Positions 47,986 to 58,339 of a stretch of DNA of 64,000 nt are shown here, in pieces. The position numbers were made by a program, and so were the translations under genes. The stretch is from IMG/VR virus record IMGVR_UViG_3300020317_000002, positions 2,436 through 66,435 of that record; one strand, written 5' to 3'. Every line of letters starts with the position of its first letter. Within the stretch, counting starts at the first letter, position 1. The DNA is from a virus. The notes under the pieces are model-generated. The model searched no databases. It was not told where the DNA came from and saw only the letters and a program-made list of their open reading frames with translations.

Positions 47986-50900
47986 ATGAACATAAGAATC
48001 AAAGAACTTTTCAAGAGTGATCTAGATCCTAACAGCAATGAATGGTGGTCAAAGGATAAACTTGATAAAATTAATTTCAATTTTAAGTTAATGAGAAACG
48101 GAGGACCATCTGGTCCTACTGGGATTGAAGGTGTAAATGGAGCCGAAGGTGAAAAGGGTGATCAAGGTCCACAAGGCCCTGACGGTCCTCAAGGTCCACA
48201 GGGTATGATTGGCCCTGAATCAAGTGGAACATGGAAGTCAGCCATGTTAGCGTCAGACCAGAAACTAATTTATCCATCGGTACCGTTCAACGGGACCATT
48301 GTATCTATATTAGGTGCCTCTGCCCATGTTGATCAAAATGGAGATTTATTAAGTCCATATTATAAAGAAACATCAACAAGTCCCGTAAATGCCCAAGGAC
48401 CGGGAGCACTTAATATTATAACAGAAGCTCCTGCATCAACAGATCCAGGATCACCTAGCGTTCCTCTAATTTCTGATCAAAAGTCTATTACACTAATGCA
48501 GGATAATGATTTATCTAGAGCATTTGATATGGGATTAGAATCGTATACCAATAATAACACAAATGACAGTGTTTTTTTAGGAATTGGACCACACGACAAT
48601 ACGGTTTTTAATTCTAATAAATTTCATATAAAATTCGATAGTGATAATATTTTTAATTTTGGATCTTCGGAAGTTTTTACTAATATATTAGGAGTAGACT
48701 CTAATATTAAATGGAATCTTACAGTAGATGCATCTACTAATCCATCACATACTATTGAATTTAAAGTAGGAGAAATAAAATACATGAACCATTCCCCTTC
48801 TTTAAATAAAATATTAAAGTCGATCGATACACAAGGAACAGTTGAATGGGAGAATGTTTCAAGCATGTTTCAGGTATTACCAATAGGATCAATAATAAGA
48901 ATACCTAGAAATACTTTTTTTAGTGAAGATAATTTTTATTTAGCAGATCCAATTACGTCATTTAATTCGTTATCAACCAATAATGATGTCAGAACAAATT
49001 TCGGAGCAGGTAAACCGGATGGAGGGTTTGCCGGATGGTATTTATGTAATGGTGAAAAATGGGGAGATGGTGGACAGCTAGAATACGATACCCCTAACTT
49101 AAATGGATTTTCATGGAGTATTACGAACATACCTGGAAATACAGGAGGTATATCTACCCTGGAAATGGGTGGCGATACAACTTACAATGGAAACATAGTT
49201 TTTTCAGGAGGAGTTAGTTCTCTAGGACCTGCTCCGGGATTTTCAGCTAACACGATTGGACATACAAACAGTAGTCCCTCTCCCGAGGTATTTCTTATGA
49301 GCGCCGAGGCTGAGCCGACTGATGATAACCATATTATAATGGGAGAACAAATTAGTATAATATATTTACAAAAATATGATCATGAATGGCGTACTTATGA
49401 TAGCAATAATAGCTATTCCCCTATAGATTTACAATATCATGCAATGACGGGCGATATAGATACAAATACTGTTGCATCAGGTTCATATACCAACATAGAT
49501 ATTGCAATGCAATATGCAACTACACTAGATCCAGAAACAATACAATGGTCTGCCGACGGTGCTCCAAGTGATGGCGCTCAATTAGATGCTTATTGGAACA
49601 CTGATAGCAATTTCACAGCGGGTGATATACGATGTTATAAAAACGGGCAAGAATTGAGTGATGGATGGTTAGCTAGAAACTCCGGAGGACCAAATGGATG
49701 GGGTTATGCAAGACAATATATTAATGGTGTTGGAATATCTCCATTACCACCTCTACTAACTGAACCTAGAGAATGCTGGATGCTTTATACCGAAGACGTG
49801 AATGGTGTTGATGGAACTTTAGCATCTCTCAATATTGCACAGGGAGGAGGGCAAACCATAACGGTTCCGGAATCCGTTGTCGAAAATAATACTGATGCAG
49901 CACTGGATCTTCAAAAAGTTTATATCTCTAATAGCATAATAAATCATGAAAATGTAGGATCCAGTTTTGGAGTAACTTCTACTGAGTTTCAAGATTATGA
50001 ATCAACTTCCCATATATGGAAAAAAAATAATGGGAGCAATACTATAAATCAATTAACGAATGGATGGTATAGAAGTTTACCATATACTGCGTCATACGCC
50101 GACGACCTTGGCACAATTATACCGGCTGGTCTTTTCCTTGCATATAGGAAATACTGGTCAGCCAATGCAAATGAGTTTAAAGGAGATGTCATAAAGAGTA
50201 AGTATGTGCCATGGTCTACTAACGATCTTGCACTTGCTTCGGGTAGTGGATCGACATCTGCTGCATGTACAGCAAATGGAGGAAATGATATATTCTTTTC
50301 TTCTGACATGTTCTCGATTGGTGATAACACGAGTGCATACGCTGTTACGAATCTTAGTAGCATAGGTACACCGAATTCATCAAACGGACAAATTGATTGG
50401 AGTACTAATCAAATATATGTAAGAGAAGATCAATCATCATACTCGAATTCTATGTTTAATGACGATAAGGGAGAATATCCCCTAAGGCTTGTAAAATCCG
50501 ACACATATATTCCGGGAACTGCTTCTAGTTTAAAAATAGCCGATTGGACGGGAGATGCTACAATAAACTATAGCGGACCACACTATAAGACCGTTAATCA
50601 GAATAGTACAGCTCCGGCACTTACACCTGTCGAATGCCCAAGCACCGGTAATCTAAATGGATTACCTATATTTGACTGGGATGATACTAATTCTAGTAAT
50701 ACTTTAACTTATAATGGTATAGACACAGGCCAGATTTACTTTAATGTGACAAACATATCTTTAATTTCACTAGATAATACTAACTTTAGTGTAGAAGATC
50801 CAGCTGGGCTTAATACCTCGAATACCTCTTATACTGCTGGAGATGATTACGTAACAGTAAATACACTAGGCGGATTCACCGGGTCTACGGAGACGTTAAC

Positions 50901-51450
50901 GGTCGATTTCACCTATAGCCAATTATTGAGTTCCTCAAGTGATGATAGCATAAATATATCGTTTAATCCATGTCATGTTGAAGGTACTGTAATTAGCATG
51001 GTAAATGGAACTACTAAATTTGTTGAAAACTTAAAAGTTGGAGATGTATTAGATTCATTTGATATAAAGGGATTAAGCGATAGTGGTGAATGGAGAAATT
51101 TTAAAACCAATGCAATGGAATTTAGAGCTCCTAAATCATCTGCTAAAATAGTTAGAATAATAAAAGGAACTTATAAGAACTATCAGGATATTAATGACGG
51201 ATTAACTAAAATAACAAACGAACACCCCATATTAATTAAAAGACCAGATGGAGAAATATTCTTTAAACAGGCTCTTTATATTGATACAACTGACATGATA
51301 TATGTTAATGAAAAATGGACAAGGGTCGAATCAAACGAAACTGTTAATAAAAACGTTAATACATATTCGATTGATGTCGAAAATGAAGATGTCTATGTAG
51401 CAGACGGTATTTTATGCCATAACATTGAAGAAGAGAAAATATCTGGTTAA
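47986..51450 (+). CDS. Tail fibre: collagen repeats, collar domain and C-terminal Hint (BIL-like) domain
   Basis: (GXY)n near the N-terminus; LPIGSII...GWYLCNG..W..TPNL collar; CHVEGT...TNEHP...LCHN Hint domain. Confidence 0.8.
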   Translation: MNIRIKELFKSDLDPNSNEWWSKDKLDKINFNFKLMRNGGPSGPTGIEGVNGAEGEKGDQGPQGPDGPQGPQGMIGPESSGTWKSAMLASDQKLIYPSVPFNGTIVSILGASAHVDQNGDLLSPYYKETSTSPVNAQGPGALNIITEAPASTDPGSPSVPLISDQKSITLMQDNDLSRAFDMGLESYTNNNTNDSVFLGIGPHDNTVFNSNKFHIKFDSDNIFNFGSSEVFTNILGVDSNIKWNLTVDASTNPSHTIEFKVGEIKYMNHSPSLNKILKSIDTQGTVEWENVSSMFQVLPIGSIIRIPRNTFFSEDNFYLADPITSFNSLSTNNDVRTNFGAGKPDGGFAGWYLCNGEKWGDGGQLEYDTPNLNGFSWSITNIPGNTGGISTLEMGGDTTYNGNIVFSGGVSSLGPAPGFSANTIGHTNSSPSPEVFLMSAEAEPTDDNHIIMGEQISIIYLQKYDHEWRTYDSNNSYSPIDLQYHAMTGDIDTNTVASGSYTNIDIAMQYATTLDPETIQWSADGAPSDGAQLDAYWNTDSNFTAGDIRCYKNGQELSDGWLARNSGGPNGWGYARQYINGVGISPLPPLLTEPRECWMLYTEDVNGVDGTLASLNIAQGGGQTITVPESVVENNTDAALDLQKVYISNSIINHENVGSSFGVTSTEFQDYESTSHIWKKNNGSNTINQLTNGWYRSLPYTASYADDLGTIIPAGLFLAYRKYWSANANEFKGDVIKSKYVPWSTNDLALASGSGSTSAACTANGGNDIFFSSDMFSIGDNTSAYAVTNLSSIGTPNSSNGQIDWSTNQIYVREDQSSYSNSMFNDDKGEYPLRLVKSDTYIPGTASSLKIADWTGDATINYSGPHYKTVNQNSTAPALTPVECPSTGNLNGLPIFDWDDTNSSNTLTYNGIDTGQIYFNVTNISLISLDNTNFSVEDPAGLNTSNTSYTAGDDYVTVNTLGGFTGSTETLTVDFTYSQLLSSSSDDSINISFNPCHVEGTVISMVNGTTKFVENLKVGDVLDSFDIKGLSDSGEWRNFKTNAMEFRAPKSSAKIVRIIKGTYKNYQDINDGLTKITNEHPILIKRPDGEIFFKQALYIDTTDMIYVNEKWTRVESNETVNKNVNTYSIDVENEDVYVADGILCHNIEEEKISG
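50971..51423 (+). other. Hint/intein-like autoprocessing domain (151 aa, no homing endonuclease)
   Basis: Block A CHVEGTVI..V.L.VGD, block B ITNEHP, blocks F/G TYSIDVE..YVADGILCHN; the +1 residue is Ile. Confidence 0.88.
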
Positions 51451-51471
51451 TAACCGGTTCTAGAAATTAAA

Positions 51472-51479
51472 GATATATA
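51472..51479 (+). promoter_or_regulatory. Late promoter GATATATA
   Basis: Intergenic octamer. Confidence 0.6.
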
Positions 51480-51502
51480 GTAAATAAATAAAGATTTAAA
51501 TA

Positions 51503-54500
51503 ATGCCGATACCTATTAATTTAAAGCAGATTTTACAATCTGATACGCAGCAGGAAAAGCTAGATAAGGTTAATTATAACTTTGATCAATTAGTTGCCAA
51601 TGGAGGTGGACCCATGGGAGTCGCTGGAGATATTGGTGAAACGGGATTACAAGGTGTTACCGGAGATCAGGGCCCACAGGGTATACTCGGTACACAAGGT
51701 ACACAAGGACCGGCTGATGAGTCAAATGAATCTCTATGGAAAGCCGGTGGTAGCTGGAGTATTGGTAGCCTTAATGTCAAAACCATAATTCCTATTCATG
51801 ACGTTACATCAACCAACAATAATCCTCCCACGAATATAATATTAGGATTAGCAAACAATGACGCCGAATATGCTGACCCGGCACAACAGTCCGCATTTTC
51901 ACATGGTGTTTTATTAATTAATAGGAATTCTAACTATCACAATTCCAATATTAGATTATTCGCTGAAGCAAATTTTAATGACTATTTAGATATAATACTA
52001 ACACATGAAGCGGGCCTGGCTGCCGGAACCGATAAGAGTGTACTTGAATTTAAATTTAACAATTCTACCCAGAATTCAGAATACAGATGGAATGCAGATA
52101 AGTATATAATTAACGATGTCAATGGAAATGAAATGATGTCAATGGATTCTATCGTTGGAACTACATTTACTGGATCCTTTCTTTCTAATAGCGATGCAGT
52201 GTTTACTGGTAGTATTTTTAGAATTAACAATGGAACGGGAACCCCGGCAATTGATCCGGATGTAGATAAGATCGCGGTAGCATTAGATACTGACGGGACA
52301 ATAGGTTTTAAAACAGCTGTAGAAATAGGAGCAGGTGTTCCGGTTGGAACAATAATATCTTTTCATCATGACACATATATTGACGTTAGTAACTTTACAC
52401 AAACTCAAACAATAGATTTAAATGTTGATCCAAGTACAATAAATATCACAGTTGGAAGAGGAATTGCAGGTACACAATATGAAGGATGGTATTTATGTAA
52501 TGGCCAAACTTGGAAAAATAACGATAGGCAATATACGGTTCCTAACTTAAATTCATTTTCAGTTAATTTTTCAACAAGTATAGGTTCGATAACTTCACCG
52601 CCTAGCGTTGCAACTCCTAATTTATTAGGAGGAGGCGAATTTGAATTTAGCCAAAACGCTACAACGGTTTCATATACAATAGATGTTGATTCAACAAATG
52701 CATGGCTTCATACGGCCCCAATGGGACCAGGTTCAGACTATAAAGTAATTAAAACTCCTCAATTAATATATTTAGGAGACATTGATCTATGGTATAATGT
52801 TTTGCCACATCCACCTGTTTCAGTTGGATTCTATAGCGCTGGCAAGGCTGATATTTTAGCAGTCAATAATAGCTGGAACAGCTGGGCCAAACCATCATCA
52901 GCCCCTGTTAATAGCCAGTTTGAGTTCGTGAACACTCAATTGAGAATGGACACATTTGATAGTAACTTAACATATCCCGGACTGACCAAAAATCTAATTA
53001 ACAGAATAGATCCAGTCCTTATATTGGATGATGATGAATTAGATTTTAGCGCAAGTGGTGTTAATATAATAGGAGAAAATGAGCTGGTATACGGACAAGA
53101 TGCCGTTTTAACAATTCAAGTAAAGGCGAAACCATACTATGTTGCCCCGAGTGGACAGAATCAAATACAATCACAATATGCATCGCTTTATCACTATTCG
53201 TGGTTCGTTAATTGGAATGAATATAGATTGCCGAACCCCGCTCAACCTACGGGAGGTAGCTATACTCCACCAGATCCTCTATTCGTGACAGGTGAATGGA
53301 ATGATAGAGGTGAATGGGATGCATCAGCTGTCTATTACGCCGGTGATGTTTTTTGGTATGCCTATGATTGGTATACTATAAATCCAATGTTAGCGTATGT
53401 TGGTGGATTTGGAAGCGGAACCGCAATAGTAGGTGATATATACGGAAATACAGGGACTCCCAATTACAACGTTACTAATCCTATTGGGAGCCAGTTATCC
53501 CATTCGTCATGGGCAGGTATGGCTAATTATGAAGGCATTGTGGGCTATTACGTAAAATTACCGGATTCTAGTGAATTTACTACACCGACGACACCATATT
53601 CTTCTTTCATGAACGCGAGTCCATTTGGAAATAGTGGCACATCTACTCACCCTAACCAAAATGGATACGGAATGGGATTAAGCAAGTTTGAAGGATGCTA
53701 CGATAAATATAGAACGAGCGTCCCGCCACAAGGATCTACTACAGATGAATGGTACGATACCGAAACCGGAACACCAATATACCCACCTGGAATACAATGG
53801 CAGACGGGAGACCCTTTAAATAGTCGTAAGGGAATATATACACAGCCGATGCAGGTTGCAATCGATCCTGTTGCGAATGACGGGATTTCGGCAGCAAATC
53901 AGGTATTGTTACCTGTAGTGAATACGTTTAATATATCAGAGATTCAATCACAATATCCCGGCTTAAATATTACAGCCAATGATACAGTACAATACCTAGA
54001 TCCATATTCTTATGATGAAACATCTGATCACTGGACGGCAATTCAATACACGGGAGCAAAGACAACAAATGGAGTTACATCGAATCCAAAGGGACCTTAT
54101 TATTATGGTTTTAAAACAAACACGGGAAATCCTTCTACTGACAAATATATGGCAACACAAGGAGGATATGATGTAAATCTTAGTGGTACAAATGCTACAT
54201 CTCCATCGAATGGAGCCTTAAATGTACATGCATGGAGATATGGACAAGAAGATACTATGTTTAGAAGATACCAGACAATTGAGTTTAAAGTTATTTTAGA
54301 TTCATCTGTGGTTGATCAAATTCTAAATTATAGTGATGCGAACCCCGGCGAAAATATAAAACTTCTATTAGGACACTATTTATATGCCGTTGGAGATGGA
54401 CAAGAACAGGACTATTGGGATTATGCTCCTGGTAATATACAACCGCTCGGTGGAAATAATAAACGCAATACACAAGCCACGGTCAACCCAAATTTTGGCA

Positions 54501-54835
54501 CACCAAACGCTCTAACTACAACCTCAAGTGGCACCGCTGCTTTTCTAGTAAGTGATTATGTTGGAGGCGCAGGAAGTGGTTCCGACACCGTACCGTATAA
54601 CATATCTCCAAATACTGCAGCACCTACTGTTGTAGCGGGTACTTGGGCTTTGTATTTTACGATTACAGTAGGTGCCCCTGATGCTAATGGAAATGGAATT
54701 ATTACTTTAAATAGTGTTATGCCATGTACTAATAACAACGCATTCAGTAATCCTATAAGCTTTACAATAGAACATCCTTCTGATTCTAGTTTAACAGTAA
54801 CATATAACGGGTATTATACTAAGGCTCCATGTTAA
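51503..54835 (+). CDS. Tail fibre with collagen repeats and collar domain (paralogue of 47986)
   Basis: Shared KLDK.N.NF..L..NGG N-terminus, (GXY)n, and VPVGTII...GWYLCNG.TW...VPNLNSF. Confidence 0.8.
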   Translation: MPIPINLKQILQSDTQQEKLDKVNYNFDQLVANGGGPMGVAGDIGETGLQGVTGDQGPQGILGTQGTQGPADESNESLWKAGGSWSIGSLNVKTIIPIHDVTSTNNNPPTNIILGLANNDAEYADPAQQSAFSHGVLLINRNSNYHNSNIRLFAEANFNDYLDIILTHEAGLAAGTDKSVLEFKFNNSTQNSEYRWNADKYIINDVNGNEMMSMDSIVGTTFTGSFLSNSDAVFTGSIFRINNGTGTPAIDPDVDKIAVALDTDGTIGFKTAVEIGAGVPVGTIISFHHDTYIDVSNFTQTQTIDLNVDPSTINITVGRGIAGTQYEGWYLCNGQTWKNNDRQYTVPNLNSFSVNFSTSIGSITSPPSVATPNLLGGGEFEFSQNATTVSYTIDVDSTNAWLHTAPMGPGSDYKVIKTPQLIYLGDIDLWYNVLPHPPVSVGFYSAGKADILAVNNSWNSWAKPSSAPVNSQFEFVNTQLRMDTFDSNLTYPGLTKNLINRIDPVLILDDDELDFSASGVNIIGENELVYGQDAVLTIQVKAKPYYVAPSGQNQIQSQYASLYHYSWFVNWNEYRLPNPAQPTGGSYTPPDPLFVTGEWNDRGEWDASAVYYAGDVFWYAYDWYTINPMLAYVGGFGSGTAIVGDIYGNTGTPNYNVTNPIGSQLSHSSWAGMANYEGIVGYYVKLPDSSEFTTPTTPYSSFMNASPFGNSGTSTHPNQNGYGMGLSKFEGCYDKYRTSVPPQGSTTDEWYDTETGTPIYPPGIQWQTGDPLNSRKGIYTQPMQVAIDPVANDGISAANQVLLPVVNTFNISEIQSQYPGLNITANDTVQYLDPYSYDETSDHWTAIQYTGAKTTNGVTSNPKGPYYYGFKTNTGNPSTDKYMATQGGYDVNLSGTNATSPSNGALNVHAWRYGQEDTMFRRYQTIEFKVILDSSVVDQILNYSDANPGENIKLLLGHYLYAVGDGQEQDYWDYAPGNIQPLGGNNKRNTQATVNPNFGTPNALTTTSSGTAAFLVSDYVGGAGSGSDTVPYNISPNTAAPTVVAGTWALYFTITVGAPDANGNGIITLNSVMPCTNNNAFSNPISFTIEHPSDSSLTVTYNGYYTKAPC

Positions 54836-54847
54836 TAATATAAAAAT

Positions 54848-55669
54848 ATGAATATAATAAACACATATAAACTTTACAAAAACGCAATTCTTTTCGGAGG
54901 ACTTGCGATTTTGGTGTTCTGTCTTTTACAACAGTGTAACTCTAACCAAAACTTAAAAAGAGAAATTATACAAGTTCAGAAGGTTTCTGATAGGAATCTT
55001 AATAATTATAAGGCAACGCAAGATACTATTATAATTGAAAAGAATAAAAATGAAGAACTAGTTTCTAGTATAAGATCCTTTGAGTACGATGTAAATACTT
55101 TAACTGAAAGCAATAAAAAACTAGTTTCTAAGTATGCTAATCAATTAAACATTAATAACGAATTAGAAAATGTTAATAGTTTACTTTCAACAACGTTAAA
55201 CGTAAAAGACTCTATAATAAACGCAAATGGAGTTGTAACAGTAGATACTGATTCTATAAACAATATAGATACAATAACAGTAGACGTCGATGACAAATAT
55301 GAATTTGATAAATATAATTGGAGAAGATTCCAAGGAAGTATCTCTATTTTAAGGGATAGTACAAATTATAATTTATTTTCATCAAGATTCGATATTGTAC
55401 AGGGAATAGGATTAAGTGCTGCGATAATCAACGAAGAAGGATTTGACATACTTAAAATTACAACTCCATATAAGGGAGTAACTTTTACTAATATAGAAAA
55501 TATAAACTTAGTTAACGATAGATTAAATAATAAATATGAGAAAAAAGCAGGGTGGTCTATTGGTATCGGATTTCAGTATGGAATTAATTTGAATAATAAT
55601 CAGGTTATAAGTACAGGTCCTGCAATAGGTATAGGAGTATACTGGTCCCCTAAATTTCTTAGATTTTAA
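54848..55669 (+). CDS. Membrane-anchored coiled-coil protein, spanin-like candidate
   Basis: N-terminal TM segment, coiled coil, and a C-terminal amphipathic beta-hairpin ending in Phe. Confidence 0.5.
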   Translation: MNIINTYKLYKNAILFGGLAILVFCLLQQCNSNQNLKREIIQVQKVSDRNLNNYKATQDTIIIEKNKNEELVSSIRSFEYDVNTLTESNKKLVSKYANQLNINNELENVNSLLSTTLNVKDSIINANGVVTVDTDSINNIDTITVDVDDKYEFDKYNWRRFQGSISILRDSTNYNLFSSRFDIVQGIGLSAAIINEEGFDILKITTPYKGVTFTNIENINLVNDRLNNKYEKKAGWSIGIGFQYGINLNNNQVISTGPAIGIGVYWSPKFLRF

Positions 55670-55684
55670 AATAATAAATAAACA

Positions 55685-57745
55685 ATGGCACAATCATCCA
55701 AATTCTTAAGACTAGATGACGACATTCTAATGGAGTTCATGTATCATGATCAAAATGTTGATTATGTAGATGATGCAAAAATAGAAAACGACGACAACGG
55801 AAGTCAATTTAAATTTTTAAACACAGAGGCGTCTAATGATTCAGCCTCTAGATTCTTAATTCATGAATTAGGAGCAGACGTTGTTAACTTCAGTGTAAAG
55901 GTACAAGATGGTTATGTTTTTATTAATGACTTTGCATCCAGACAATTAGTTCTTAAAAACGGCAAAACTTATAAATTTAATTTATCAGATTCTACAATAG
56001 ACAATATAGCTGGATTCACAATAAACGGTTCAACTACTCAATTAATCGGTAACACATACATATATACTCCTGGTGCTAATGGGAGATTTGAATATAAATA
56101 TGAAAATTTAGCAGGTGATGATGCTAGAGGTGGAGAAATAAATGTAGGAAATAGAGCTAATCCTTTATTTGCTGAACCGGAACAAGAAACTGGAAATAGT
56201 ATTAAAACAGCTGTCGGAGAGGTAGGAAGATATTATGGAGTTCCATCTGTATACGAAGGAAAATGGGCTCTATTGAAAAATGATTTAGCATATTTAGATA
56301 ACTCGGAATGGAATGGAACTGATTCTTCGTTAGCAAACGTAAGCGACAATATAGTCGGAGATGTATGGTATGATACGATTAGGTTACATTTAAAAACAGG
56401 ATTTTCATTTGCCGCAAGAGGTAAAGAAGGTTTCATGTTTCAAGTTAAAGTTAAAAGAGAAACAGGTGTTTATAATTATTTTACATCGATAGTATACTTA
56501 AATCATTCTAATTTTGAAATAAGTAATCCTAATTCATTTGTATTAGGAGATACTTCATATTCTAAATACATACAAATCAAAGTGCCTTCTTTAATTCATT
56601 TTGATGATTCTACTAAAAACGAAGATTTTCACGATGCTTTCTTTGGAACAAATGAAGATGCAATACTTAATTCAGCGAACTATGAAATAAGTTTAAAACT
56701 CATTAATACTATTTCTGAAGAAAACGGAATTGAATATATTAATGTAGAAGATACTATAGATACTACCGTTGCAAGAGAAGATGAATATCTGGATATAGCG
56801 GCTAATATAGAGGAAGTAGAAGATATGGATTATTTTCAAGTGTATGGAACCAAGGATGGTTCTAAACAGGGTTTTGAAAATTACATAAATGGAAGAATAC
56901 AAACTTCAAGTGATGATATTATTATCTTTCATGATATAGAAGTTAGTGAACAGATAGGTTTAGATTTCCTAGATACATCTTCTATGACGTTTACTCAAAC
57001 TGCGAATTATGAAGCTCCAATTCCATTTAGACCTATAATATTTAATGCTGATATATCTAGTTCTTTTTATATTAGACATACGATGAGAATTTATAACGAA
57101 ACTGATAATACCCAAATTATTAAGGTTGCTACAATGACAGCATATAACCCTAAGAAATATGGAACCAGGATGGAAAAGATTAATCTTAGAAACGTAGATC
57201 CCACTATCATTTATAATAAATTACCTAACACTACGGTAAATAGAGAATTAAATCAATTTGTTAATTCTATTAGACCAAGTGTCGGAGAAACTAAATATGT
57301 TCCAGTCGCCTTAGATACTTATGGTATATTAGCGTCTGCAACTAATGTTTCAACTGATTTAACGGAAGCAGGTGAATTAGATAATATTAAATTCTTTAAA
57401 GAAGGTGAAGCTATTATAAAATTATCAATAGTATCTGATAACTTTGTAAAATTTAATATTGCACAAGCATACGGAGATGATAAAAAAGCAGTGTCACTGG
57501 TAAGTGCAGAAAATATAGTATTGATAATTAAGAGCAGATCCAACGAAAAAAGAATATTCCATGATCCATCGTTTCCTAATATAGATTTAGGATTAGGAGA
57601 AGTATTCTTCAAAATACCTAAAGCGACGGCAGTCAGTTTTGATAAAAAAGATGGGCAAATGTATTTTCAAGATAAATTTTATATTAATATAAAGAACGGA
57701 GAAAGCGAATCTTTATTGTATCACGGAAAAGTAGAAATTGTATAA
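55685..57745 (+). CDS. Virion structural protein
   Basis: 686 aa, beta-rich, coupled to the gp3-like gene. Confidence 0.55.
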   Translation: MAQSSKFLRLDDDILMEFMYHDQNVDYVDDAKIENDDNGSQFKFLNTEASNDSASRFLIHELGADVVNFSVKVQDGYVFINDFASRQLVLKNGKTYKFNLSDSTIDNIAGFTINGSTTQLIGNTYIYTPGANGRFEYKYENLAGDDARGGEINVGNRANPLFAEPEQETGNSIKTAVGEVGRYYGVPSVYEGKWALLKNDLAYLDNSEWNGTDSSLANVSDNIVGDVWYDTIRLHLKTGFSFAARGKEGFMFQVKVKRETGVYNYFTSIVYLNHSNFEISNPNSFVLGDTSYSKYIQIKVPSLIHFDDSTKNEDFHDAFFGTNEDAILNSANYEISLKLINTISEENGIEYINVEDTIDTTVAREDEYLDIAANIEEVEDMDYFQVYGTKDGSKQGFENYINGRIQTSSDDIIIFHDIEVSEQIGLDFLDTSSMTFTQTANYEAPIPFRPIIFNADISSSFYIRHTMRIYNETDNTQIIKVATMTAYNPKKYGTRMEKINLRNVDPTIIYNKLPNTTVNRELNQFVNSIRPSVGETKYVPVALDTYGILASATNVSTDLTEAGELDNIKFFKEGEAIIKLSIVSDNFVKFNIAQAYGDDKKAVSLVSAENIVLIIKSRSNEKRIFHDPSFPNIDLGLGEVFFKIPKATAVSFDKKDGQMYFQDKFYINIKNGESESLLYHGKVEIV

Positions 57746-58302
57746 TGATATTAAATAGCAGAAATAATTTATTTAACTTTAAGTTTCCTAGAACCTTTAT
57801 TCCAAAGGAAGTAGCTGACAAGTACAGATCATATCTTGGCAAAATGCCAGGTAACATAATTGAAGAACCTATTGATTTTGTCAATTATTCTATACAGGGT
57901 TTAAGTTTGCCGGGAATCAATTTTGATCCAATATCGCAATCCCCGAATGATGGAACTATTACATATCATAGAGGATCGATCCCTATTCAAAATACGATTG
58001 AACGTCAATTCTCTATAGAACTTCAATTATTAGACGGATATATTAATTATTGGATAATGCAAGATACTTTATTGTATTATTATTCTAAACAAGTCAGAGA
58101 TCCATTTATTAATGATCTTAAGCTTCAAATAATGGATGCTGAGGGTATTCATTTGATGAGTGCAGTTTTCGAAAAACCTATTCTTAATTCGATATCAGAG
58201 TTAGAATTAAATATGTCTAGTAACATCGCAGATTTCTCTACATTTACGCTTAATTTTTACTATAATAAATTTAATATCATCTCAGAGATAGACGGTAAAT
58301 AA
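57745..58302 (+). CDS. Tail tube terminator/tube-fold protein (T4 gp3/gp19-like)
   Basis: IQGLSLPG....F.IEL.L.DGYINY..M...L.I.D...FE.P...SISELE....FTLNFYY. Confidence 0.65.
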   Translation: MILNSRNNLFNFKFPRTFIPKEVADKYRSYLGKMPGNIIEEPIDFVNYSIQGLSLPGINFDPISQSPNDGTITYHRGSIPIQNTIERQFSIELQLLDGYINYWIMQDTLLYYYSKQVRDPFINDLKLQIMDAEGIHLMSAVFEKPILNSISELELNMSSNIADFSTFTLNFYYNKFNIISEIDGK

Positions 58303-58306
58303 ACGA

Positions 58307-58314
58307 GATATATA
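58307..58314 (+). promoter_or_regulatory. Late promoter GATATATA
   Basis: Intergenic octamer. Confidence 0.6.
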
Positions 58315-58339
58315 ATCCATAACAATATAGACCAATATA

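Noticed and set aside
50971-51423. Selfish canonical intein
   Set aside because: No homing endonuclease, no +1 nucleophile, and it sits at the protein terminus rather than in a conserved active site.
6410-53442. GATATATA/AATATATA copies inside coding regions (e.g. 6410, 14746, 36659, 39120, 47919, 53434)
   Set aside because: Several chance hits are expected in an AT-rich 64 kb. Some near gene ends may be real internal promoters, but they cannot be supported individually.
47986-54835. Diversity-generating retroelement or invertase-based fibre switching
   Set aside because: No reverse transcriptase or recombinase gene, and I noticed no template/variable repeat pair or inverted crossover sites in the window.
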